Shown in pieces: positions 1 through 10,472 of a stretch of 64,000 nt of DNA. The translations under genes and the position numbers were made by a program. A model generated the notes under the pieces. It was not told the DNA's origin. It made no database searches and was given only the letters and a program-made list of their open reading frames with translations. The stretch comes from an uncultured delta proteobacterium (GTDB lineage Bacteria > Desulfobacterota > Desulfobacteria > Desulfobacterales > SpSt-501). Within the stretch, counting starts at the first letter, position 1, and each line of letters begins with the position of its first letter. The stretch is taken from NCBI GenBank assembly GCA_963700055.1, contig CAVOWH010000001.1, positions 68,734 through 132,733 on the forward strand, written 5' to 3'.

Positions 1-360
1 GATGGCACCGGTGCGCAGGCGGTTCAATTTCGGCGCGCGGCGGCCCTGCAGGGCATTGCGTGCCGAATGCAGCGCCGCCAAGTGGAGCGGGTCCAGGGAA
101 GCGACCAGGCCGGCCGGCAGGTCGAGGCCGTCCGGATCCAGGTTAAAATCGGGCAAGAGACAGCAGCGGCTGGAATAGGCCTTGTCAGGCTGATGATCGG
201 CGCTGACCATGTCGTGCGGGGGAGCGATCCAGCGCTCCGCGCGGACTTCAGCGGTGGCATCGGTCTTGGCGCAGATGTGCGACCAAAAGGTGGTGATGTC
301 CAGTGCTCCCGGAAAAAGGCCGGCCATGCCGACCACCGCAATCGGATCAGAAAAAGCCAT
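1..360 (-). CDS. PKS/PUFA-synthase-type beta-ketoacyl synthase, N-terminal 120 codons only (gene runs off the left edge)
   Basis: Absent from the ORF track because it is open at the window edge. Reverse complement from ATG 360..358 reads MAFSDPIAVVGMAGLFPGALDITTFWSHICAKTDATAEVRAERW..., the IAVVGMxxxFPGA..FW opening of type I KS domains. The frame stays open to position 1. Confidence 0.7.
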   Translation of the reverse strand, partial: MAFSDPIAVVGMAGLFPGALDITTFWSHICAKTDATAEVRAERWIAPPHDMVSADHQPDKAYSSRCCLLPDFNLDPDGLDLPAGLVASLDPLHLAALHSARNALQGRRAPKLNRLRTGAI

Positions 361-410
361 TGTCAGAGAATATCCTTTGAAGCCCGGGGCTGCGCTGTGG
401 GCCTGTGGCG

Positions 411-1841
411 TCAGGGCGCCGGTGGCGATTCCCGGGCAGCGGAGGCGCCGGCGGCGTGGGCGAGGATCGCCTTGGCCGGAATCAGGCCGGTGGCGGCCGC
501 CGAGACGATGTTGCCGGCGACCCCGGGGCCGTCCCCGGCCACATAGATGCCGGGAATGGCCGTCTCGAGGGTATTGCTGGTTTCGATCTGGGTGGCGAAG
601 AACTTAATTTCCGGGGCGTAGAGCAGGGTTTCGTCGTTGGCTACGCCCGGGATGACCTGATTCAGCTTGTTTAAACCTTCGATCAGGTTGGTGAGAATGC
701 GCTCCGGCAGGGCCATGGCGATGTCGCCGCAGACCACGTTGGTGAAGGTCGGGCGGATATAGCCCTTGTGGATGCGGTTCCAGGTGCTGCGGCGGCCGCG
801 CTTGAGGTCTCCGAAGCGCTGCAGGATAGGCTTGCCGCCGCCGATCAGGGTCGCCAGGCTGCCGATGGCTTCGCCGTAGGACTGGTTGTCGGTCACCGGC
901 TCGGTCAGGACCACTTTAGACAAGAAAGCAAAATTGGTGTTCTCCGATTTGCGGTCGCGGTAAGCGTGGCCGTTGACGCAGACAAAATCGCTGTAATTCT
1001 CCAGGGAAACAAAGCCGCCTTTGTTCGTGCAGAACGTACGCGTGAGGTCGTCGTATTTGGTGGTCTGGATGAAAAACGTCGGGTCGTAGATCACTTCGCA
1101 GAGGTCCTGCATGATGTCGTTGTGGACTTCGACCCGCACCCCGACCTCGATGCCGCGCTGCTTGAGACCCAAATCGAATTTCTGCGCGATCGTCCCCATC
1201 CAGTCGGCGCCGACACGGCCCGGCGCTAAAATCACCTGCCTGGCCGAATACGCCTTGCGGCGGGTGGCCACCCCTGCCGCTCGGCCCTTATCCACTAGTA
1301 TATCCTTGACTTCCTCCGAAGTGCGGAACGTGACCCCTTTGGCGCGCAGGTGATCGGCGATGGCGGCGATGCGTTCGGGGAGGCGGTCGCTGCCGATGTG
1401 CTTCTGGCGGATGATGAGCAAGTCGATGCCGTAGCGCTTGGCATGCTTGCGGAGATCCCGGGCGCGGTCCATGTCGGTGGGAAAGACCGGGCCGTCCATT
1501 CCAAACCGGTTGAAAACCGTTTCGGTTTCAGCGATCAGGGCCTCGGCTTCCGGAACTGGCATGAACTGCGAGAGGTCGGTTTTGCCCAGCTTGTAGATGA
1601 AGTTCAGCTTGCCGTCCGAAAACAGACCGGCGCCGCCGATGCCGCTTAAGATGTCGCATGGCTTGCACTTGAAACATTCGCGGTAGTCGTTGATCCGGCA
1701 GCGGCGTTTGAGCGGACTCTTGCCTTTTTCAATGATCAGCACCCGCAGAGCGGAATTTTCGCATAGGTGATAGGCCGAAAATAGGCCGGCGGGACCCGCG
1801 CCCACCACAATGACGTCATAGTCGGTATTGCGGAACCTCAT
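411..1841 (-). CDS. FAD-dependent dehydrogenase (COG2509-like, function unknown)
   Basis: 476-aa ORF with N-terminal Rossmann motif DVIVVGAGPAGLFSA, GIGGAGLFSDGKL, and C-terminal YVAGDGPGVAGNIVSAA. Confidence 0.85.
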   Translation of the reverse strand: MRFRNTDYDVIVVGAGPAGLFSAYHLCENSALRVLIIEKGKSPLKRRCRINDYRECFKCKPCDILSGIGGAGLFSDGKLNFIYKLGKTDLSQFMPVPEAEALIAETETVFNRFGMDGPVFPTDMDRARDLRKHAKRYGIDLLIIRQKHIGSDRLPERIAAIADHLRAKGVTFRTSEEVKDILVDKGRAAGVATRRKAYSARQVILAPGRVGADWMGTIAQKFDLGLKQRGIEVGVRVEVHNDIMQDLCEVIYDPTFFIQTTKYDDLTRTFCTNKGGFVSLENYSDFVCVNGHAYRDRKSENTNFAFLSKVVLTEPVTDNQSYGEAIGSLATLIGGGKPILQRFGDLKRGRRSTWNRIHKGYIRPTFTNVVCGDIAMALPERILTNLIEGLNKLNQVIPGVANDETLLYAPEIKFFATQIETSNTLETAIPGIYVAGDGPGVAGNIVSAAATGLIPAKAILAHAAGASAARESPPAP

Positions 1842-1913
1842 TTTCTCCTCGCTCAGAAAACACAGCGGATCACGAAGGATAACAAAAAGACAGGCAGAGG
1901 ATTTCCCGGATAT

Positions 1914-2582
1914 TCACGCGCCGCCCTTGGTGAGGGTAGCCGATTTGAGCTCGGGTGCTTGGCTGTTTTCCTTAGGTGGAAGTGAGTCCTGCTTGAAGGC
2001 GAAGCGCAAACGTTGCAGGGCGGTGAAGTTGGCAAAGACCGCCACCATCCAGATGGCGATCTTGAGCGCGACGGGGTGGAGCAGGGCGCCGGCGCCCAAG
2101 AACACAATCCGCTCCGGCCGCTGCATCACGCCGACTTTGGCGGCCAGGCCGAGGCTTTCGGCCCGGGCCCGGGTGTAGCTGACCATGAACGAGCCGCACA
2201 GGGCCAGAAAGGTCACCGCCGCGTTCACATAATCATCCACCATGAGGAAATATCCGCCGATGCCGAACAGCATGACGAATTCCGCATACCGGTCCACCGA
2301 AGAATCCAAGAGCGCGCCGAAGCGGGTGGCCTTGCCGGCGTTGCGGGCCAGCGATCCGTCGATGGCGTCGCAAAGACCGCCGAGCAGGATCAGGAATCCG
2401 CCGATCCGCGGACTTTTCAGAAAAAAGGCAAGGGCGCCGGCGGTGGTGATGACGACCCCGGCGATGGTGAGTGAATTCGGGCTCACCCCCAAGCGGGTCA
2501 GCAGCCGCACCAGGGGCGCAAGCAGTGTCATGAATCCCCGTTGAAAACTCTCAGGAATCAACCTGCGGGAAGAGTTGGTCAT
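1914..2582 (-). CDS. CDP-alcohol phosphatidyltransferase family protein
   Basis: 222-aa membrane ORF with the complete signature D-x2-D-G-x2-A-R-x8-G-x3-D-x3-D (CDAIDGSLARNAGKATRFGALLDSSVD). Confidence 0.9.
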   Translation of the reverse strand: MTNSSRRLIPESFQRGFMTLLAPLVRLLTRLGVSPNSLTIAGVVITTAGALAFFLKSPRIGGFLILLGGLCDAIDGSLARNAGKATRFGALLDSSVDRYAEFVMLFGIGGYFLMVDDYVNAAVTFLALCGSFMVSYTRARAESLGLAAKVGVMQRPERIVFLGAGALLHPVALKIAIWMVAVFANFTALQRLRFAFKQDSLPPKENSQAPELKSATLTKGGA

Positions 2583-2732
2583 TCATTCACTCGGTGCACG
2601 CGCTTGAGAACATCGATCGGTTGTGATCTTGAATTCCGAAGGCCATCGTTGCTGGGTGCCCGGAAGGCAGCGTCCGCCATCGTCCAACGTTAGAGCCAAT
2701 CTCCAAACTTTTATCCTTCATTCGCTATATTG

Positions 2733-3653
2733 TCAACGCTGGGGGTCGGCTGATTCAAGAACCGTCGACCGGTGCGCAAGATCCAATCGATCGGCCGGAA
2801 TGTATCGCCCGGCAACATGTTCGGAGGACAGGCGTGCGGCATGACGGCTGGCCCTCGCCACCGTTTGCCTCTGCTGAAACCTCGCCGCCGTGTAGGCCGC
2901 AAAGAAAACGTCGCCGGCGCCGGTGGGATCGGCCGGTGTTCCGATCGGCACCGGCTCATAGGAGTACCGCCGGCCGCTGCGAACATGGATGCATCCTCCG
3001 CTTGAACCGGAGGTCGCCACCCACTCGGCGATGTCGAATCGGCCCATGAGCGTTTCGACTCCGACGCCGCACCGCTCAAGGATCAGCCTGAGTTCTTCCT
3101 GGTCGGACTTCACGATGTCGGCCGCCCGCAGCGCGGCCGTTAGATGGTCCGACACGGCCGAGACGATGCGGGTGCGGTCGCGCCTTCGGACCAACCCCTG
3201 GACGTCGAGCGCCACGATGACGTCCGAATCCTCCAGGCGTGCGAACACCTCCGGGTCGATGTCGTCGGGATGAAGAGGCCCCAGGTGAATGCAGTCGACC
3301 TTCTTCGGCACGGCATCGATCTGTCCGTATCGGATGGGGTTGGCGACCGACGGGGCTTCCTGGGTTCTCAGGTTCACACCGACGCGGTTCACAAAGCGAG
3401 TCGTGCGTGGCGTCCGGCCGTTATGCACCTGAATGCCCTCCAGCAGCAGAGGCGCCAAGATCGCATCCTCAGCCGGCGCCACGTTGCAGACGACCCAGGT
3501 GGGCACTGAGTGGCGCCGATAGGTGAGCCCGGCGTAGGTTGCGACGCCCCCGACTTTAAGAAAGGTTCGATCGGCGAACACATTGCGATCGATGGTGACC
3601 GAGCCGACCACCAGCACGGAGTGCACGGTCTTGAGGCGGGTGTCAGTTGGCAT
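2733..3653 (-). CDS. PfkB-family carbohydrate/nucleoside kinase
   Basis: 306-aa ORF with the C-terminal PfkB signature DPTGAGDVFFAAY and an N-terminal GSVTIDR pattern. Confidence 0.85.
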   Translation of the reverse strand: MPTDTRLKTVHSVLVVGSVTIDRNVFADRTFLKVGGVATYAGLTYRRHSVPTWVVCNVAPAEDAILAPLLLEGIQVHNGRTPRTTRFVNRVGVNLRTQEAPSVANPIRYGQIDAVPKKVDCIHLGPLHPDDIDPEVFARLEDSDVIVALDVQGLVRRRDRTRIVSAVSDHLTAALRAADIVKSDQEELRLILERCGVGVETLMGRFDIAEWVATSGSSGGCIHVRSGRRYSYEPVPIGTPADPTGAGDVFFAAYTAARFQQRQTVARASRHAARLSSEHVAGRYIPADRLDLAHRSTVLESADPQR

Positions 3654-3686
3654 GGGTGATGAGAAATGCCTTGTCGATCCTCAGGC

Positions 3687-3878
3687 TCACGGCCTCGTGG
3701 GCGTATCTTTTTGCCCGTCGAGTACGCGGCGCAGATGATCGCGCTCGGCCCGCACCACTCTCAGTCGCGCCTGGAGGTGTTCGCGCTGGTCGAAGGGCGC
3801 ACCTTCCATCTCTTTGGTGAGTTTATCGATTTGTTGCTGCAGTCGATAGAGGTCTTTGGCCAGCAGGCGGATAGACAT
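3687..3878 (-). CDS. Small coiled-coil hypothetical protein (63 aa)
   Basis: Start taken at the internal ATG 3878 (MSIRLLAKDLYRLQQQIDKLTKEMEG...). The upstream part of the 99-aa ORF looks non-coding. No recognisable domain. Confidence 0.4.
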   Translation of the reverse strand: MSIRLLAKDLYRLQQQIDKLTKEMEGAPFDQREHLQARLRVVRAERDHLRRVLDGQKDTPTRP

Positions 3879-3961
3879 GGCGGCCCTCTCTGGGGTTGAA
3901 ATGTCGTATGGAGAGCGATTATAGTACAAATGGACCCAGGCGGAAAGCCGGTTAAACCAAA

Positions 3962-5011
3962 ATGACCCGCATCGACTCGACCTCAAACTGCCTCTCGACG
4001 CTCGCCCCGCTGCTGAACCGGCCCCTGAACATCGGAGGCCGGGCGCTGGCGAAACGGCTGGTGTTCGCGCCCATGACCTTTCTCGGACATGTCGCCTTTC
4101 GGGAGCTGCTCGACGGATTTGGAGGCTATGGGCTGCTGTTTTCCGAGATGTGCAGCGCCAAGACGGTTCCCACCGAAAATCGATTCGTTTCCAACCCGTT
4201 CCGCTGGCGCGACGAGGAACTGCCTTTTCTATCTTGCCAGATCGTGGGGTGCGAGCCCGAGCGTATGGCCGGCGCCGCCGAGCGTATCGAAGCCGAGGGC
4301 TTTTTCGGGGTGGATGTCAACTTCGGATGCTCGACCTCGACGATCTGCCGTCAAAGCTGCGGCGCAGCGGTTCTGAGGGAACCGGACCTCGCCGGGAAGA
4401 TCGTCGAACGCATCCGCCGCGCGGTGCGTATTCCCCTGACCGTCAAATTCCGCACCGGCTGGCAGGACGACCTCGCGGCAGCGGTCCGCATGGGCCGGCG
4501 GTTCGAGGACGCCGGCGCCGATGCCGTCACGTTTCACCCGCGCGTCGCCCCCGACCGAAGGGCTCGGGCCCCCAGATGGGAATACATCGGACGGCTCAAG
4601 CAGGCCCTGCGGATTCCGGTTTTTGGCAACGGGAATGTCTTCGACGCGGACGGATGCCTGCGGATGCTTCAGCAGACCGGGTGCGATGGGGTGGCGCTGG
4701 GGCGAATCGCTGTCGCCAAGCCCTGGATTTTTGCCGAATGGACGGACGGACTAAGGCCAGGCCCGGACATTTTTAAAAAAACGGCGCAGCGACTTTTGGA
4801 GCTGACCGCCGCCCACTTCGAGGAAAAGGCGGCCGTGCGGCGCTTTCGCAAATTCATCTTTTATTTTGCGGCGAACTTCCGGTTCGGCCACACCTTTTAC
4901 GGCAGGGTGCGGAACTCCGCCAACTTGATTCAAATCCAAGCGGTCTTGGATGCATTCTTCGCGACCCCGCCTGAGCTGACCTTCGCCCCGAACATGAACT
5001 ACTTCCAATAG
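3962..5011 (+). CDS. tRNA-dihydrouridine synthase family protein (Dus paralog 1)
   Basis: 349-aa ORF with Dus TIM-barrel pattern (VFAPMTFLGHVAFREL, GVDVNFGC, TVKFRTGW, FGNGNVF). Confidence 0.85.
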   Translation: MTRIDSTSNCLSTLAPLLNRPLNIGGRALAKRLVFAPMTFLGHVAFRELLDGFGGYGLLFSEMCSAKTVPTENRFVSNPFRWRDEELPFLSCQIVGCEPERMAGAAERIEAEGFFGVDVNFGCSTSTICRQSCGAAVLREPDLAGKIVERIRRAVRIPLTVKFRTGWQDDLAAAVRMGRRFEDAGADAVTFHPRVAPDRRARAPRWEYIGRLKQALRIPVFGNGNVFDADGCLRMLQQTGCDGVALGRIAVAKPWIFAEWTDGLRPGPDIFKKTAQRLLELTAAHFEEKAAVRRFRKFIFYFAANFRFGHTFYGRVRNSANLIQIQAVLDAFFATPPELTFAPNMNYFQ

Positions 5012-5077
5012 CAGAAGTCCGTTCAGGATCCCGCAACAGCTGGGCCACCTTCTCGTGGCTCACCGGGTGCGCGGGGA

Positions 5078-7369
<2,292 letters not shown>

Positions 7370-7851
7370 GCAGAAAGCTCCTGTTGGATGGGCGATGGAT
7401 GTCTCTTTGCCCGATGAAATGAATCTCTTGGCGGTTAGAGAAGGGCGCGCCTCACACCCAGAAGTGGACGCACCTATATTGGCAGCGCCGGAGAATGTCA
7501 AGGTTGACGACTTGTAAGAAACCCGATTTCGGCCCTGCACCTCATCGCGCTGTCGCTGCGGCGCACGGCAACTTCATCCCATGACACGAGATTCGTTCAC
7601 CTTTGGTCCCTCCAACTCCTTCACCAACTGATGGGCGTCCGCACGCCGGGCGTCGATAAATGCCTCCAGCCCGAGCGCTTGTCGCTCAGGAATTTCTCGA
7701 CGCGGGCGTCCAGGGACATGGATGCCACGATTGTGCGGACTGCGACGGAAGCCATGGCAGCAAGGTCTTGCCCGTTTCGGCCAAGAGCCTGCGTGTGTTC
7801 CGGGTGATACCCGGATGCAGACCCGGCGCGACCACCGGATGCGCCGCTGCG

Positions 7852-8697
7852 TCAGAGGTCGATGCGCCTGGCCCCGGCAATGGCCCTAACGGCTATCGCA
7901 CCGAGCACAACGGCACCCCCGATCAGAGCGAGGGGGGCGGGGGACTCGCCGATGACAAGGAATACCCAGAGCGGGTTGAGAACAGGCTCCAGCATCAGAA
8001 TTAAATTGGACTCGAGTGCCGGAACGTGCCGGATGGCGATGGAATAGAGCGCCGAAGCCAGGCCGGTTTGGATAATTCCCAGGTAGGCAATGATCGCGGC
8101 GTCCGCCAGGCTCCAGGTTTCCTGAAGTACCGATGGCAGGCCGATCAGCCCGCCCAGGCAACTGCCGATGAGGAAGATCTGGGCCGGGTGGCTGTCTTTC
8201 TGAGCGCGGGCGCTTACGATCATGATGGCCAGGGCCACGCCGCCTAAAATGGCCGCCAGATTTCCGTAAAGCCCGTCAAGGGTCAGACCTTCCCCGAAGA
8301 AAAGCAGCATCCCCGCAAAGATGACGACCATCGTGATCCAGTCGACCCGCCGCGGCCGTTCGCCCAAAAACCAGACGCCGAAGATCAGGACATAGATGGG
8401 TGCCGTGTACTGAAGAAAAATGGCGTTGGCGGCGGTGGTCAGGCGGGTGGAGAAAATGAAAAGGAACTGGGCTCCCATGTAACCGGCGGCACCGGCGGCC
8501 AGGAAGGGGGTGATCCGGAGGGGAACTCGCCGCAGCCAGATCAGGAATACCACGCTGGCAACGATGCCGCGGGCACTGAAGATCGAAAGGGGATGCCAGT
8601 GCAGAAGCTTGACGAACAAGCCGCTGGTGCTCCAGAGCAGCGCTGTCAGCAGCAGCAGGGCGATGGCGCGCCGGTGGGAAGCTTGCGTTGCCTGCAT
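7852..8697 (-). CDS. EamA/DMT-family transporter
   Basis: About 10 hydrophobic segments and a two-EamA-repeat architecture. Start chosen at ATG 8697 (MQATQASHRRAIALLLL...); the track ORF begins at 8754. Confidence 0.85.
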   Translation of the reverse strand: MQATQASHRRAIALLLLTALLWSTSGLFVKLLHWHPLSIFSARGIVASVVFLIWLRRVPLRITPFLAAGAAGYMGAQFLFIFSTRLTTAANAIFLQYTAPIYVLIFGVWFLGERPRRVDWITMVVIFAGMLLFFGEGLTLDGLYGNLAAILGGVALAIMIVSARAQKDSHPAQIFLIGSCLGGLIGLPSVLQETWSLADAAIIAYLGIIQTGLASALYSIAIRHVPALESNLILMLEPVLNPLWVFLVIGESPAPLALIGGAVVLGAIAVRAIAGARRIDL

Positions 8698-8809
8698 TTC
8701 ACTTCCTGCTGAACGATTTCGGATCGGCCATGGTTTTTCGGATCGAAAAGACACTTCCGTTCCGGTGGCAGTAGGTCAGCATGATCTTCGCCTCAAGGAT
8801 GGCAGACGG

Positions 8810-8877
8810 TTTAATTTTATATTTTTAAAATAAAATATTTTCAATATGATGGAATATATATTTTAATATAAAACTTT
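8810..8877. other. Extreme AT-rich tract in the divergent intergenic region
   Basis: By my count about 5 G/C in about 65 nt (ttaattttatatttttaaaataaaatattttcaatatgatggaatatatattttaatataaaac), in an otherwise GC-rich window. Contains the palindrome AAAATATTTT. Confidence 0.8.
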
Positions 8878-9134
8878 GGACGAAGCTGGGATATAGCACC
8901 TGCTGATCAAACTATCCTAAGCGAGGTCACCGCAGCCGAACGAAGGCCATGCCAAACAACGCGGATGTCGAGCGAACGAGAACTTGACATTCGTCGCTCC
9001 GGCATGATCAAAGGGAAAATGATCCGACCACGACAGGGTCTGGGGTTTGGCCGGATAGGGCCTTGTCCAGGCAAGTCGCTGTGTCTTCGAAAACTCGGGC
9101 CAGACGCCGACGATAGGCCGGAGCGGTTCAACCG

Positions 9135-10382
9135 ATGCCCCTTCCTCCAAATGCAGTCAACCGGATCGTTCCAAAACATAAGTGGATCTTCCAGCCACGT
9201 TTCAGGCGGCATGCCTTTGGATGGCGTTCGCAATCGGCAATCAGGCGCATAGCGGAAGCGGTTTCGGAAATCAAGAAGGCTGCACGCAAGGATCCAATCT
9301 TGGCGGCTGAAGGCGCGGTGCTGTTGCTGGAAAGGATATCGCCGGCTATCGAACAAGTGGACAGCTCATCGGGCGCCATCGGCACGGCCGTCAACCATGC
9401 CATAGATGCGCTGGCGCCGATCATCGCCCAAGCGCCGGCCGGCGGCAAGCTGCGGGATCAATGGCTGGAGCGACTCTGGCGAGCGGTGGAGGAAGATAAT
9501 ATTCCCTACATCGAGCTGCTTCCCGAGCATTGGGGAGAATTGTGCGTTACGTCCGCACGCGCATCCGACTGGGCGGACCAGTTCATCGATATCGTGCGGA
9601 TGGCCTGGAGCCCGAACCCGGAGTGGCGCGGCTACTTCAAAGGAACGGCTGCCTGTCTCAGCGCTCTGTTCAAGGCCGGCCGAACGATCGAGATCATGGA
9701 ACTGCTCGAACTTGCCCCTCACAAATTCTGGCATGATCGAAAATGGGGTGTCAAAGCGTTGACCGTCATGGGCAAAAAGGCCGAAGCACTTCGTTTTGCA
9801 GAGAGTTCCCGCGGCCTGAACGAGAACCCGGTTGCCATCGCTCAGGCCTGTGAAGAAATACTTCTGGCGAGTGGTATGGCAGAGGAAGCTTACAGCCGCT
9901 ATGCCATCGAGGCCAACCGGTGCACCACCTACCTGGCGACATTTCGCAATATCACGAAAAAATATCCGCACAAAAAGCCGGCCGATGTTTTGGAAGACCT
10001 TGTCGTCAGCACACCCGGTGATGAAGGCAAATGGTTCGCCGCCGCAAAGTCGGCCGGGCTCTATGACGAGGCCATCGCACTGGCCCAGCGCACGCCTTGC
10101 GATCCCAGAACGCTGACCCGGGCGGCGCGAGACCTGGCACAAAAAAAACCGCGCTTTGCAGTGGAGGCCGGTTTCGCCGCCCTGCATTGGATGGTCGAGG
10201 GCTACGGCTATGAGATTACCGGTCTGGACGTCTGGGCCGCTTACGATCACACGATGAAAGCCGCCGAGGTTGCTGGATGTAAATCTGAGATTTTCGAACA
10301 CATCCGCCAATTGGTTGCGGCAGAAATCTTTGGTGAGCGGTTTGTGTATAGGATCCTTAGCCGTGAATTGGGGTTGGACTAG
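9135..10382 (+). CDS. Hypothetical alpha-helical protein, paralog A of the 14206..15405 product
   Basis: 415-aa ORF with GC3-rich codons. Its N-terminal block SEIKKAARKDP...EQVDSSSGAIGTAV mirrors NDIEKIIKKEP...EIDDSSGNFGMLV in the 14206 product. No catalytic motif recognised. Confidence 0.7.
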   Translation: MPLPPNAVNRIVPKHKWIFQPRFRRHAFGWRSQSAIRRIAEAVSEIKKAARKDPILAAEGAVLLLERISPAIEQVDSSSGAIGTAVNHAIDALAPIIAQAPAGGKLRDQWLERLWRAVEEDNIPYIELLPEHWGELCVTSARASDWADQFIDIVRMAWSPNPEWRGYFKGTAACLSALFKAGRTIEIMELLELAPHKFWHDRKWGVKALTVMGKKAEALRFAESSRGLNENPVAIAQACEEILLASGMAEEAYSRYAIEANRCTTYLATFRNITKKYPHKKPADVLEDLVVSTPGDEGKWFAAAKSAGLYDEAIALAQRTPCDPRTLTRAARDLAQKKPRFAVEAGFAALHWMVEGYGYEITGLDVWAAYDHTMKAAEVAGCKSEIFEHIRQLVAAEIFGERFVYRILSRELGLD

Positions 10383-10472
10383 AGCGGCAAGCGGAGCATA
10401 GACGATTGAGGAGACCGGCTGTCAGCATCGGCAACTACCGCGAGGAACCGCTTTATCCGAGAATCGTGCGGA

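Noticed and set aside
7660-8004. 114-aa plus-strand ORF spanning the tex-EamA gap and the EamA 3-prime end
   Set aside because: It overlaps the transporter gene antisense and its product is low-complexity.
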